Positions 53,708 to 63,598 of a stretch of DNA of 64,000 nucleotides are shown here, one piece after another. Every line of letters begins with the position of its first letter. Positions within the stretch are counted from its first letter, which is position 1. The notes below the pieces were generated by a model. It did not search any database. It was given only the letters and a program-made list of their open reading frames with translations, and was not told the DNA's origin. The stretch is from Candidatus Eremiobacteria bacterium (lineage in GTDB: Bacteria; Vulcanimicrobiota; Vulcanimicrobiia; Vulcanimicrobiales; Vulcanimicrobiaceae), in the NCBI GenBank assembly GCA_963737065.1, contig CAVTRC010000001.1, positions 1,376,001 through 1,440,000 on the forward strand, in the 5' to 3' direction. The position numbers were made by a program, and so were the translations under genes.

Positions 53708-53971
53708 GATCTTGCAAGATTCTATGTTGGCGGCGTTCCGTTCAAAAACGAGTTGGATGATACGCTGCGTTGTTCGAATGTAGTGAAACCTTAGCAATTC
53801 GTAGGCGGCACTTACCATGCAATCATGCGTGCGGCAACAAACCTCGCCGACCTCTTCGTCGGGATAATAGAGGAATGCCCGCTTGATATGCTGGCCTTCA
53901 GCAGGGCATTGAGGATTGAGGCAAGGCCCGCAGCCGCCGTCATCGGACAGCGAAAACCGATACGTCTTCAC
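53639..53971 (-). CDS. Cys-rich hypothetical protein
   Basis: Begins 4 nt after the glyA stop; CGPCLNPQC...CCRTHDC; overlaps the 3' end of the DpnI-like gene. Confidence 0.4.
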   Translation of the reverse strand: MKTYRFSLSDDGGCGPCLNPQCPAEGQHIKRAFLYYPDEEVGEVCCRTHDCMVSAAYELLRFHYIRTTQRIIQLVFERNAANIESCKILVRGSHFHPLRPCRPHRFSRQT

Positions 53972-53975
53972 GCGA

Positions 53976-55223
53976 CTACGGGACCTCGAACCGGGATGTT
54001 AATTCGTGAACGCGGGCGCGGAGTTTGCCGACGTTCGCCTTGCCTTCGATATCCGCTAAGCCGTCAAGGATGATCCGTGCGACCTCGCGGCACTCGCTCT
54101 GGCCGAATCCGCGCGACGTGATCGCCGGCGTCCCGAGGCGAATTCCGCTTGCAACCATCGGTTTTTGCTGATCGTACGGAATCGCGTTTTTGTTCACCGT
54201 GATGCTGATCTCATCGAGATACTGCTCGACCGCTCTGCCGGTTAGGCCTTTCACCGACACGTCGACGAGCATCAGGTGCGTATCCGTGCCGCCGGCCACC
54301 AAGCGAAGGCCGCCGCGGACAAACTCTGCCGCCATAGCTTTCGCATTGTCGATGACTTGTTGCTGATACGTCTTAAACGACGGCCGTAGCGCTTCGCCGA
54401 AGGCGACCGCCTTCGCCGCGATCGTGTGCATCAGCGGACCGCCCTGAATGCCGGGGAACACGGTTTTGTCGATCGCTTGCGCGTATGCTTCTTTGCAGAG
54501 AATGATACCGCCGCGCGGTCCACGCAGCGTTTTGTGCGTTGTCGACGTGACGTATTCGGCGACCGGCACCGGCGACGGATGCAATCCGACCGCAACGAGC
54601 CCCGCGATGTGCGCCATGTCGACGAGGAGCACCGCGCCGATTTCATCGGCAATCTCACGGAACGGCGCATAGTCCATGGTTCGCGGATAGGCGCTTGCGC
54701 CGGCAATGATCATCTTCGGTTTGAATTCGCGCGCCTTGGCACGCACGTCGTCGAAGTCGATCAGCTCGCTGTCTTTGCGCACTCCGTACGCGACCGCGTT
54801 GTAGAGCTTTCCGCTGAAACTCACCTTGGTGCCGTGCGTCAAGTGGCCGCCGTGCGCCAGCGACATGCCGAGCACCGTGTCACCCGGCTGCAGTTGAGCC
54901 ATGAAAACCGCCATGTTGGCCTGCGCGCCCGCATGCGGTTGCACGTTTGCATGGTCGGCGGCGAAGATCGTGGTTAAGCGATCGATCGCGAGATTCTCGA
55001 CCACGTCGACGAACTCGCAACCGCCGTAGTACCGCTTGCCGGGATATCCTTCGGCGTATTTATTGGTCATCACCGACGCCATCGCTTCGCGAACGGCGCG
55101 ACTCGCATAGTTTTCCGAAGCGATGAGCTCCAAATTTTCTTTTTGGCGCCGCTCCTCGTTCGCGATCGCTTCAAAAACTTGCGGATCTTCGGCTTCGATA
55201 GCGGACGGTGTCAGGATGTCCAT
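53976..55223 (-). CDS. glyA: Serine hydroxymethyltransferase
   Basis: [21 protein letters not shown] and [12 protein letters not shown]. Confidence 0.99.
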   Translation of the reverse strand: MDILTPSAIEAEDPQVFEAIANEERRQKENLELIASENYASRAVREAMASVMTNKYAEGYPGKRYYGGCEFVDVVENLAIDRLTTIFAADHANVQPHAGAQANMAVFMAQLQPGDTVLGMSLAHGGHLTHGTKVSFSGKLYNAVAYGVRKDSELIDFDDVRAKAREFKPKMIIAGASAYPRTMDYAPFREIADEIGAVLLVDMAHIAGLVAVGLHPSPVPVAEYVTSTTHKTLRGPRGGIILCKEAYAQAIDKTVFPGIQGGPLMHTIAAKAVAFGEALRPSFKTYQQQVIDNAKAMAAEFVRGGLRLVAGGTDTHLMLVDVSVKGLTGRAVEQYLDEISITVNKNAIPYDQQKPMVASGIRLGTPAITSRGFGQSECREVARIILDGLADIEGKANVGKLRARVHELTSRFEVP

Positions 55224-55235
55224 AACTGCGTTCCT

Positions 55236-55763
55236 TTATAACAACTCTTTCGGCGTGATCGCGTCGCTTATGCTACCGGCTTCGATATCTTTGAGCGTGC
55301 GTTCGCGTTGTGCGTCGCCGAATTCAAAGAGTTGCTCGACGCGGTGCTTGTGACGTTTCCCGTCGGACGCGTCGCCGTCGAACGGCGTGTGCATGAAAAT
55401 GTCGACGAGGCGCTCCGTCATTTCCCATCCGGTGAGGCGTTCGGAGAGCGCGAGCACGTTTGCATCGTTATGCCGGCGTGAAAGCTCCGTCGCCAGCGGT
55501 TCGAATACCGCGGCGCAGCGAACGCCCGGAACTTTATTGGCTGCCATCGAGATTCCGAGGCTCGATCCGCACACGACTACGCCGCGATCGGCCTGGCCGC
55601 TTGCAACGGCTTCGCCGACGGCATATCCATATTGCGGATAATCGACCGGCGTATCGCTGTTCGTGCCGTAATCAATGATCTCGTGACCGCTCGCGCGCAA
55701 GATTTGCGCGATGCGATCCTTATAACCATAGCCGGCGTGATCCGCGCCGAGCGCGATTTTCAT
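55236..55763 (-). CDS. rpiB: Ribose-5-phosphate isomerase B
   Basis: GADHAG, VDYP, CGSSLG, ANKVPGVR and RHNDANVL. Confidence 0.95.
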   Translation of the reverse strand: MKIALGADHAGYGYKDRIAQILRASGHEIIDYGTNSDTPVDYPQYGYAVGEAVASGQADRGVVVCGSSLGISMAANKVPGVRCAAVFEPLATELSRRHNDANVLALSERLTGWEMTERLVDIFMHTPFDGDASDGKRHKHRVEQLFEFGDAQRERTLKDIEAGSISDAITPKELL

Positions 55764-55889
55764 TTGGACTGCGCTCCGCTCCACGCATAAACATCAGTCA
55801 TCGGGAAACTCTCCGCGAGGGCGGCCCAATAAACATTTTCGTGCGGACGAACATGTACCGGGACTCCGCCGAGTGAATCTTGCGATGCC

Positions 55890-56597
55890 ATGAAGCTAGC
55901 TTGCACGAGCAGCGCGTTCGCGGGTGCGCTGGATCGCGGAGATCTGACGCAGCTCGAAGTTCTCGATCACGCTGCTCGAGAGCTGAGGATCGACGGCATC
56001 GTCTTGGACGTGCGGCACTTTCCGCGGACCGATGCGGACTACCTCGCCCAAATAAAGAAGATGGCCACCGACCTCGGCTTGACGATCGCCGCGTTGGAAA
56101 GCCGCGACATGCTGACATGCGATACGTCGTCGATGCAACGTGTGCTTGCGGTGGCGTGCGCAGTCGGCAGCCCGTTGATCGCGGCTCCGCTTGGATCGGA
56201 GACACTGCTGCCGTGGAACGCGCAGCTCGCGAAACTCTCCGAAGCGGCGGGGCTTGCAAAGGCCGCAAACGTTACGCTCGCTTTGCGCAACGTGCCGGGG
56301 ACGTTTGCAGCGACGGCTTCAGATTGCAGGCGGGTGTCGAAGGAGACCGATTCCGCCTGGTTGCGGTACGGCATCGAGCCGTCCGCGTTCGATGCGGCGA
56401 GCGATTCGTGCGACCTCGTGGACCGCACCGTGCTGCTATGGTCCAACGCGTTCGCTCCGCCGGAGGCATTCCTAGCGGCGTGGCAATCGTTTTTGGGATT
56501 CGCCGTGCTCACCGGCGACGCGCCGGTATTGGAAATGACAAACGCGATCCGCCGTTGGCGTATCGCGCATGCACGATCCGTGCTCGACCGCAAATAG
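55890..56597 (+). CDS. Xylose-isomerase-like TIM-barrel protein (sugar phosphate isomerase/epimerase family)
   Basis: MKLACTS..., DYLAQIKKMATDLGLTI and AKAANVTLALRN; metal ligands appear degenerate. Confidence 0.7.
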   Translation: MKLACTSSAFAGALDRGDLTQLEVLDHAARELRIDGIVLDVRHFPRTDADYLAQIKKMATDLGLTIAALESRDMLTCDTSSMQRVLAVACAVGSPLIAAPLGSETLLPWNAQLAKLSEAAGLAKAANVTLALRNVPGTFAATASDCRRVSKETDSAWLRYGIEPSAFDAASDSCDLVDRTVLLWSNAFAPPEAFLAAWQSFLGFAVLTGDAPVLEMTNAIRRWRIAHARSVLDRK

Positions 56598-56768
56598 CGT
56601 CTGCCACGCGAGGCAACTGAACCTGCGGTCTCGCAGGTGGGTGCGGCCCGGGCGCCGGTACCGCAGGCTCGAGGCCCAAGCGATCCCGTCGTATCCGGAG
56701 CTGATGCTCCCTAGGTATCCAAGTCGGTTCGGCACCTATGCGTGGTGCGCGCTAAGCGCAGTCGAGCC
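56582..56768 (-). ncRNA. ssrS: 6S RNA
   Basis: About 187-nt rod: GCTCGACTGCG/TGCGGTCGAGC, TAGCG/CGCTA, CCACGC/GCGTGG and GAACC/GGTTC stems; CACCCACCTGC..GCAGGTTCA motif typical of 6S; extended -10 TGgTACTCT upstream. Confidence 0.8.
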
Positions 56769-56858
56769 TTGTTAGAGTACCACTTGCCGTCAAGCCGTCC
56801 TTGCCGGATCGCCGTTGGCGCTTGCGCGGGCGCCGGCACGGCGTGATTGAGCCGCGCT

Positions 56859-57350
56859 ATGCAGACACAACCCCTCGCCCGCGAACGGTACGTTCGCCAC
56901 GGACATCTCGACGTTCCGCGGAGCGCCGAGCGACAGTATGAAGCCGCAAAAGCGTACCTGTCGGGCGATCCGGTCGAGCGCCGTCTTTTTCAGCGATTAC
57001 AGCATCCCGCGGACGGCCGCCACTACGTTTTGGCAATCAATCACCGCAATAGCGATTACTTCGACCCGCGCAGCAACACGATCGGATGGGACCCGTATAG
57101 CGCGCTTCGCACCACGAACGGAGGGCGCCAGTCGCCGGCCCTCGGTCTCGGACATGAAATCGATCATGCGGTCGAAAAGCGTTCCAAGTCGCAGCGGCTG
57201 ATGAATCAATTCGATGCGCGCTACGATGACGCTGAAGAACGCCGTGTCATTCTCGGCAGCGAAACGCATGCCGCGCGCACGCTCGGTGAAGGCATTCGTC
57301 ACGATCATGCGGGAAGCGTGTATCACGTCGCTTCGCCGGTGATGCGATGA
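56859..57350 (+). CDS. Stand-alone HExxH zinc metallopeptidase-like domain (M91/Rhs C-terminal-like)
   Basis: IGWDP...SPALGLGHEIDHA...EERRVI..E...LGEGIRHDH. Confidence 0.7.
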   Translation: MQTQPLARERYVRHGHLDVPRSAERQYEAAKAYLSGDPVERRLFQRLQHPADGRHYVLAINHRNSDYFDPRSNTIGWDPYSALRTTNGGRQSPALGLGHEIDHAVEKRSKSQRLMNQFDARYDDAEERRVILGSETHAARTLGEGIRHDHAGSVYHVASPVMR

Positions 57351-57401
57351 TCGCGCCATCCTGGCGCGAGGAGAGCGTGCGAACGGGCAGAAGCCGCACG
57401 C

Positions 57402-58418
57402 ATGGGTCTCTCGCTCTCCATTACACCGCTTGCGCTCTCGCTTAAACATCCGTTCAAAATCGCGCGCGGCGAAACGTCCGTCGCACGCACCGCGCTCTTC
57501 CGAGTCAGTGACGGCACCGACGAAGGGATCGGCGAGTCGACGCCGATCGAGCGCTACGGCGAATCGCTCGAATCGGTCGAGCACTATTTCGAAGAAAACG
57601 AAATGACGCTCGATGACCCATTCCAGCTTGAACGTCTGCTGCACGAACGGATTCCCGCGGCGGCGCGCGAGGGGCTCGACCTCGCGCTGCACGATCTCAT
57701 CGGCAAGCGACTCGAGCAACCACTATACGCGTTGTTAGGACTCGATCCCGCACGGACGCCCGTGACTTCGTTCACGATCGGCATCAGTGATCCGGAAACG
57801 ACGCTGCGTAAACTTGACGAAATCGGCACGCATCCGGTCCTCAAAGTAAAGCTCGGATTGGGAAGCGCACGCGAACAAGTCGAAACGATGGCCGCAGTTC
57901 GGGGCCGCTACACGGGCACCATCCGAATCGATGCAAATGAGGGCTGGAACGTCGGGACCGCGATCGAGATTCTCGGTGAACTTGCGAAGTACGACATCGA
58001 GTTTTGCGAGCAGCCGATTCCGGCCGGCTCTCCGCAAGGACTCCGCGCGATTCGCGAACGATCCGAAATACCGATCGTCGCCGACGAAGATTCACTTACC
58101 GCTCGAGACCTGCCGCAATTGATCGGCTGCGTCGACGGCGTCAACGTAAAGCTCGCGAAAACCGGCGGCATTCGCGGCGCGGTCGCAATGATTCATGCTG
58201 CGCGTGCCCTCGGCATGAAGATCATGCTCGGCTGCATGGTCGAAAGCGCCATCGCGGCGACTGCGGCCGCGCACATTTCACCGCTCGTCGACTGGGCCGA
58301 CATCGACGGCCCGTTTTTGACGAAGGACGACCCGTTCAGCGGCGTTACGTATCAACACGGAAAATTGATCTTGCCCGATGAGCCCGGACTCGGTGTCAAA
58401 GAACGCGTCGCCGCATGA
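57402..58418 (+). CDS. Enolase-superfamily dipeptide epimerase (L-Ala-D/L-Glu epimerase/DgcA-like)
   Basis: KVKLG, DANEGW, EQP, ADED, NVKLAKTGG, GCMVES and DIDG. Confidence 0.92.
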   Translation: MGLSLSITPLALSLKHPFKIARGETSVARTALFRVSDGTDEGIGESTPIERYGESLESVEHYFEENEMTLDDPFQLERLLHERIPAAAREGLDLALHDLIGKRLEQPLYALLGLDPARTPVTSFTIGISDPETTLRKLDEIGTHPVLKVKLGLGSAREQVETMAAVRGRYTGTIRIDANEGWNVGTAIEILGELAKYDIEFCEQPIPAGSPQGLRAIRERSEIPIVADEDSLTARDLPQLIGCVDGVNVKLAKTGGIRGAVAMIHAARALGMKIMLGCMVESAIAATAAAHISPLVDWADIDGPFLTKDDPFSGVTYQHGKLILPDEPGLGVKERVAA

Positions 58419-59473
58419 AGCGCCGGCGCTATGCAATTCTCGCGCCCGGCAAGTTCGTTGACGACGCGAAAACGGCGCACGGCGTTATCGCGTACGGCGA
58501 AGACGATGTCGTGGCCGTCGTCGACGACGACTTCGCCGGAAAGCACGTGCACGATCTGCTTCCGCATCTGCGCAACGATGCACCGATCGTCGGCACCGTG
58601 GAAGAAGCGCTCGCATATCACCCGACGTCGTTGTTGATCGGAACCGCCCCGAAGGGCGGCGCTCTGCCGAATGCCTGGCGTAATGAAATTCTGCGTGCGA
58701 TCCGCGCCAAACTCGAGATCGTGAGCGGTCTGCACGATATGCTTGCGGACGACGAAGAGTTCGCGCAAGCGGCGCGTGCAAACGGCACCGATATTTGGGA
58801 CGTTCGCAAACCGCCGGCAACGCCGATCTTCTCGGGCGCAGCGTACGACGTCAAAGCGCCCGTCATGCTGATGGTCGGCAATGATTGCGCCGTCGGGAAG
58901 ATGACCGTTGCACTGGAGCTCGCGCGCGCAGCTCGCGACGCCGGCGCGCATGCGGAGTTTGTGCCGACGGGGCAAACCGGCATCATGATCGCCGGTTGGG
59001 GGATTTCGATCGACCGCGTAATCGCGGACTTCGCACCGGGCGCCACCGAATTGCTAGTGCTCGAAGCGGCATCGCGCAATCCGGACGTCATCATCGTCGA
59101 AGGACAAGGATCGATCAACCATCCTGCGTACGCGCCGGTGACGCTCGCGCTGATGTACGGCGCGGCGCCCGACGCGCTCGTCCTCGTGGTCGATCCGCTA
59201 CGGCCGACGATCGAGAGCTACGCGACGCCGACGCTCGGTTATCGCGAGCTCATCGGCATTCACGAAGCATTGCTTGCGACCGTGAAGCCCGCGCGCGTCA
59301 TCGGCATCGCACTGAACACGCGCAAACTCGACGATCCGGCCGCGCGTCGCGAGATCGAGCGCGCGAAAGCCGAGACGACGCTGCCCGCGGACGATGTCGT
59401 CCGTTACGGTCCGCACGCGCTGTACGCGGCGATCGCACCGGCACTGCACAAAGAGCGTCCGTGCGGCGCATAG
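58415..59473 (+). CDS. DUF1611 protein (DgcN-like)
   Basis: AKTAHG, SGLH, GNDCAVGKMT, TGQTG and VEGQGSINHPAY. Confidence 0.9.
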   Translation: MKRRRYAILAPGKFVDDAKTAHGVIAYGEDDVVAVVDDDFAGKHVHDLLPHLRNDAPIVGTVEEALAYHPTSLLIGTAPKGGALPNAWRNEILRAIRAKLEIVSGLHDMLADDEEFAQAARANGTDIWDVRKPPATPIFSGAAYDVKAPVMLMVGNDCAVGKMTVALELARAARDAGAHAEFVPTGQTGIMIAGWGISIDRVIADFAPGATELLVLEAASRNPDVIIVEGQGSINHPAYAPVTLALMYGAAPDALVLVVDPLRPTIESYATPTLGYRELIGIHEALLATVKPARVIGIALNTRKLDDPAARREIERAKAETTLPADDVVRYGPHALYAAIAPALHKERPCGA

Positions 59474-61073
59474 CCGCGCTGCTGATCCTCGTCGCGCTCG
59501 CAGCGTGCACGAAAACAACGACGACCGCGAGAAGCGGCCGTCATTCGTGGACAATTCCGGGCGTGCTGCGAATGGGCGAACAGCAGGAGCCTGATTCGCT
59601 CAACTTAATGTTCGGCAACAACGAATCGACCGATGAAGTGAGTTCGCTGCTCTACTCGTTTCTGATCCGGTACGATGCGGACGGCAATCTGATTCCCGAT
59701 CTCGCGCTCGCAATTCCGACAAAGCACAACGGCGGGATCAGCGCAGACGGAAAGACGATCACCGTTCGCCTGCGCCGCAATGCGCGTTGGTCCGACGGTG
59801 CGCCCGTAACCGCAAGCGATTGGCTCTTCACGTACCACGCGGTGCTCAATCCGCGCAACAACGTCAAATCGCACTACGGATGGGACGGCATCGCGAGCGC
59901 AAAGGCGCCCGACGATTACACCCTCGTCCTTCAGCTCAAACATCCGAGCGTCTCTGCGTTCGACATTTTGACGATGGGCGGCACGGCGTATCCGCCGCTG
60001 CCGTCGCATTTGTTGGCAAAGCCTGCCGGATATCAATCGCGCGCCGATCAATAGCATGCCGGTTTCCAGCGGGCCGTACGTGCTGAAGCAATGGAATCAC
60101 GGCTCGTCGCTCGTCTTTGAGCCGAATCCGTACTACTGGCGCGGCGCTCCGAAGTTACACCAGCTCGTGTGGAAAGTCGTGCCAGATACGAACACACTGC
60201 TCAGCCAACTACAGACGCACGAAATCGATCTCTATCGCGACGTCGATTCGAATTCCGTGCCGAGGCTGTCATCGATTGACGGCGTGGTCGTGCAGCACCG
60301 GTTGATTGCGAATTGGCGTCATCTCGGCATCAATATGAGCCGCCCGCTGCTCTCGGACGTGCGCGTTCGTCAAGCGATCGCCGAAGGCATCGATTGGAAG
60401 CAGATCAACGATACCGTCTACCACGGAATCAACGAGCTCGCCCTCTCCGATATCTTTCCGCAGTCATGGGCGGCTCCGTCGTTGCCGCCGTACCGCTACG
60501 ATCCGCAGCATGCGCGCGCACTGCTTGCGCAAGCCGGCTGGAAGCCCGGACCGGACGGCATCCTTCGCCGCAACGGCGCTTCCGCTGCGTCTTACCGTTT
60601 CCGCTTCAAACAGCGCGAAAAGCAACGAACAATCCGAGGTCGTGATGCAATCGATGCTGCGCGCTCTCGGCATCGACGTCGCGATTCGCAATTATCCGTC
60701 GAGCCTGATGTTCGCAGAGAACGGTCCGCTCTACACCGGAAAATACGACCTCGAGTGGTCGATCAATACCAACGGTCCCGATCCTGACAACGCGGGAAGC
60801 TGGAATTCCGCATTCATTCCGCCGCACGGCGCAAATACGTCGTGGTTACGCGATCCGGTCGTCGACCGGACGAGCGCGGCAGCAGCCGCGACGTACGACC
60901 AGGCCGAACGCAAACGGCTCTACCAACAGGAGGAACAACGCATTCGGCAGGTCGTTCCGGCGGTTTTCTTCTATTGGGAACAGTCGTATTACGGTCTGAA
61001 CAGCGACATCAAAGGGTTCAAACCGGCCGCATTTCTCGTCGACACGTGGAACGCATGGGAGTGGCAGATTTAG
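59461..61073 (+). CDS. Peptide ABC transporter substrate-binding lipoprotein (family 5), frameshifts near 60022 and 60580
   Basis: Lipobox LAAC, PDLA, WSDGAPVT, SGPYVL and DVRVRQAI across three frames; ends WNAWEWQI. Confidence 0.85.
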
Positions 61074-61958
61074 GCGCATCGTTCGCGCAAGCGCTCAATA
61101 TTCGTGAAGGCACCCAGCTACGCTTCGAGCCGGCGCGCAGCGGCGTCGTGAGTTGGAACACGTACGCACCACACGGGCGACTGAAGTTTCGCTTGCTCCG
61201 TGCGGGTGTCCCGGCCACGTCGTGGTATCGACTACGCGGAATGGCACACGAGCGGCCGTAAATCGTTTAGCGCACAAAGCGATCGCGAAGGCGTGCGCGT
61301 CGACGTCGACGTCATCACCGCGGAGCAGCCGTTCGACGGAGTCGAACTCTTCGCAGCCGGCGTTGATTTCAACGTGTTGGCGTTCGCGGCACCGGCTCAT
61401 GCGCTTGCGTCGTTACCGTACGCGCGCGACGCGGTGATTCTCGATGTTCCGGCGTACACGCAATACATCGTAGAAGGGCAGCGCGGCTGGTGCAGCCCTA
61501 CGAGCCTCGCGATGGTGAACTCGTATCACGGCATCGACATCGGTGTCGAAGAAACGGCGCGCAGCGTAGCCGACCGCGCGTACAACGGTACGGGGAACTG
61601 GGCGTTCAACGTCGCCTACAGCGGCAGTTTGGGATTGCGTGCGGTCGTCGCCTATCTTCAGAACCTCGATCAAGCGCAACGCCTCATCGAGCGCAACCTT
61701 CCAGTGATTATCTCGTACTCGTGGAGCGAGGGCGATCTGCCGGGCGCGCCGCTCGAACACTCCGACGGACATCTAGCCGTTTTGTGCGGCTTTACGGCGA
61801 GCGGCGACTGCGCGATGAACGATCCCGCCGCGCCGCTGGTACGCGTGGTCTACCCGCGCGCGCCGCTCGAACGTATTTGGCAGCGCAACAATGGTGTGGC
61901 GTATGTGATCGCGCCCGTAGGCGTCGATTATCTCGACGTGCTTACGTCGCCCGCATGA
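61061..61958 (+). CDS. C39-like (papain-fold) peptidase, frameshift near 61225
   Basis: VPAYTQ, WCSPTSLAMV, GNWAFN, GHLAVLCGF and NDPA; the N-terminus VVSWNT is in another frame. Confidence 0.8.
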
Positions 61959-62479
61959 CACACTCCGCACAGCCGCACGAGCGGGTTGCGAGCATCGTGG
62001 ACGTGAAGGATGCACCGCTGCACATCGCGCTGGTCGAACCGGAAATTCCGCCGAACACCGGAAACGTCGCGCGCTTGTGCGCGGCAACGGGCTGTGCGTT
62101 GCACCTAGTACAACCGCTCGGTTTTCGCATCGACGACCGGGAACTCAAGCGCGCCGGTTTGGATTACTGGCACAACGTCGGCGTCGTGCTGCACCCATCG
62201 CTCGATGCGTTTCTCGATACGACCTCGGCGATGTCGCGCTGGTTCTTTTCGACCCACGCGGCGCACCGCTACACGGACATGAAGTTCGCGCTCGGCGATG
62301 TGCTCGTCTTCGGCCGTGAAACGAAGGGGTTACCAAAGGACCTTCTCGCTCGCTTCACCGACCGCGCCCTTCGCATTCCGATGCGCGAAGGGACCGTTCG
62401 CAGCGTGAACCTCTCCACCGCCGTCGGCATTGCGACGTACGGCGCGCTCACGGCACTCGATTTTCCCGGATTGCGATGA
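61955..62479 (+). CDS. trmL: tRNA (cytidine(34)-2'-O)-methyltransferase
   Basis: EPEIPPNTGN, KRAGLDYW, FGRETKGLP and RSVNLS. Confidence 0.95.
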   Translation: MTHSAQPHERVASIVDVKDAPLHIALVEPEIPPNTGNVARLCAATGCALHLVQPLGFRIDDRELKRAGLDYWHNVGVVLHPSLDAFLDTTSAMSRWFFSTHAAHRYTDMKFALGDVLVFGRETKGLPKDLLARFTDRALRIPMREGTVRSVNLSTAVGIATYGALTALDFPGLR

Positions 62480-63264
62480 CGGCACGCGTCACGTATCAGT
62501 TCGTCAACGACGTCTTTCGCGGGCCGGTTTACGGACGTCACGATATTTTCACCGCGCGATCGTTCAACGACTTCGTCCATCGCAACGACGTCGATCTTTC
62601 GCGCGCGATTTTTTCGTTTGACGGCAACAGACCGATCGGAACGATCGTGTTTGCGCAACGCGGCGAACGCGTCTGGCTTTCGCTCATGGGCGTTCTCCCG
62701 GAATATCGGCGGCAAGGCCTGGGGCGAGCGCTCTTTGCCGGAGCGGTCGATACGGTCCGCGCGTCCGGCGCCAAACACATCGAATTCGAGGTCGTGCAGC
62801 GCAACGTCGCCGTACAACAAATGTACGACGGCTTCGGCTTCCGCACCGACGGCGAACTGTTCGTATGGGCTCGAAAGGCGAAGCGCAGCGCTCGCAACGG
62901 GTTGGTAACGCGTAAGCACGCCGCGGCGACCGTACAACGCGTTGCGCGCACGGCGGCGCCATGCTGGCAACGAGAACGTGTTGCTGTAGCGCGCACGCCG
63001 TCCGCGCTCATCGAGGTCGATGATGCATACGCCTTTATTCGCTTACAGGATGAAACTGCGTACGTCCTCGACGCAGATGCGCGCGATGAAGCGAGTGCGC
63101 ATGCCCTACTAGAGCAAATGGATTCGCGCATCCCACACGATATTACGCTTTTTAATGAACCACGCGACTCGGCGCTCAGCGTTGCCTTGCGATGCAGCGG
63201 CTGGAACATTGTCGAACGTCAGTTCAAGATGAGTGATAGCCCTCTTCCGCTGTCCCATCGGTAA
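62476..63264 (+). CDS. GNAT family N-acetyltransferase
   Basis: GVLPEYRRQGLGRAL acetyl-CoA motif and N..VQQMYDGFGF. Confidence 0.88.
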   Translation: MTARVTYQFVNDVFRGPVYGRHDIFTARSFNDFVHRNDVDLSRAIFSFDGNRPIGTIVFAQRGERVWLSLMGVLPEYRRQGLGRALFAGAVDTVRASGAKHIEFEVVQRNVAVQQMYDGFGFRTDGELFVWARKAKRSARNGLVTRKHAAATVQRVARTAAPCWQRERVAVARTPSALIEVDDAYAFIRLQDETAYVLDADARDEASAHALLEQMDSRIPHDITLFNEPRDSALSVALRCSGWNIVERQFKMSDSPLPLSHR

Positions 63265-63583
63265 TAGACACCGGCGCATCGTCGGCAGCTTCAATAGAGC
63301 CGAAGATGCCCTTCAGGCACGCCCGGCCGTCAACGCGCATGCAGCCCTTCACGATTCCGTCGAAGTATACGAGCGCGTCAGGCTCTACGATGAAATCGCC
63401 CGTGACGATGCCGCGTCCGAGCGTCTTTACGCCGGAGCGAACGATCAGATTCGCGTGAACGATTACGCCGAAGTCCGCATCACGATCGATAGTAACCGCA
63501 TCCTCATGAATTCCTCGAACCATGTGGGCAGGAACGACGAGCGGAAAGCGCTCGACGAATTGTTCGCGTGTGAGCCGCTCCAT
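63224..63583 (-). CDS. Hypothetical protein, bactofilin-like beta-helix
   Basis: Repeated GIVTGDFIV/GIVKGCMRVDG strands. Confidence 0.5.
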   Translation of the reverse strand: MERLTREQFVERFPLVVPAHMVRGIHEDAVTIDRDADFGVIVHANLIVRSGVKTLGRGIVTGDFIVEPDALVYFDGIVKGCMRVDGRACLKGIFGSIEAADDAPVSITDGTAEEGYHSS

Positions 63584-63598
63584 GAGGAACGTCGTTTG

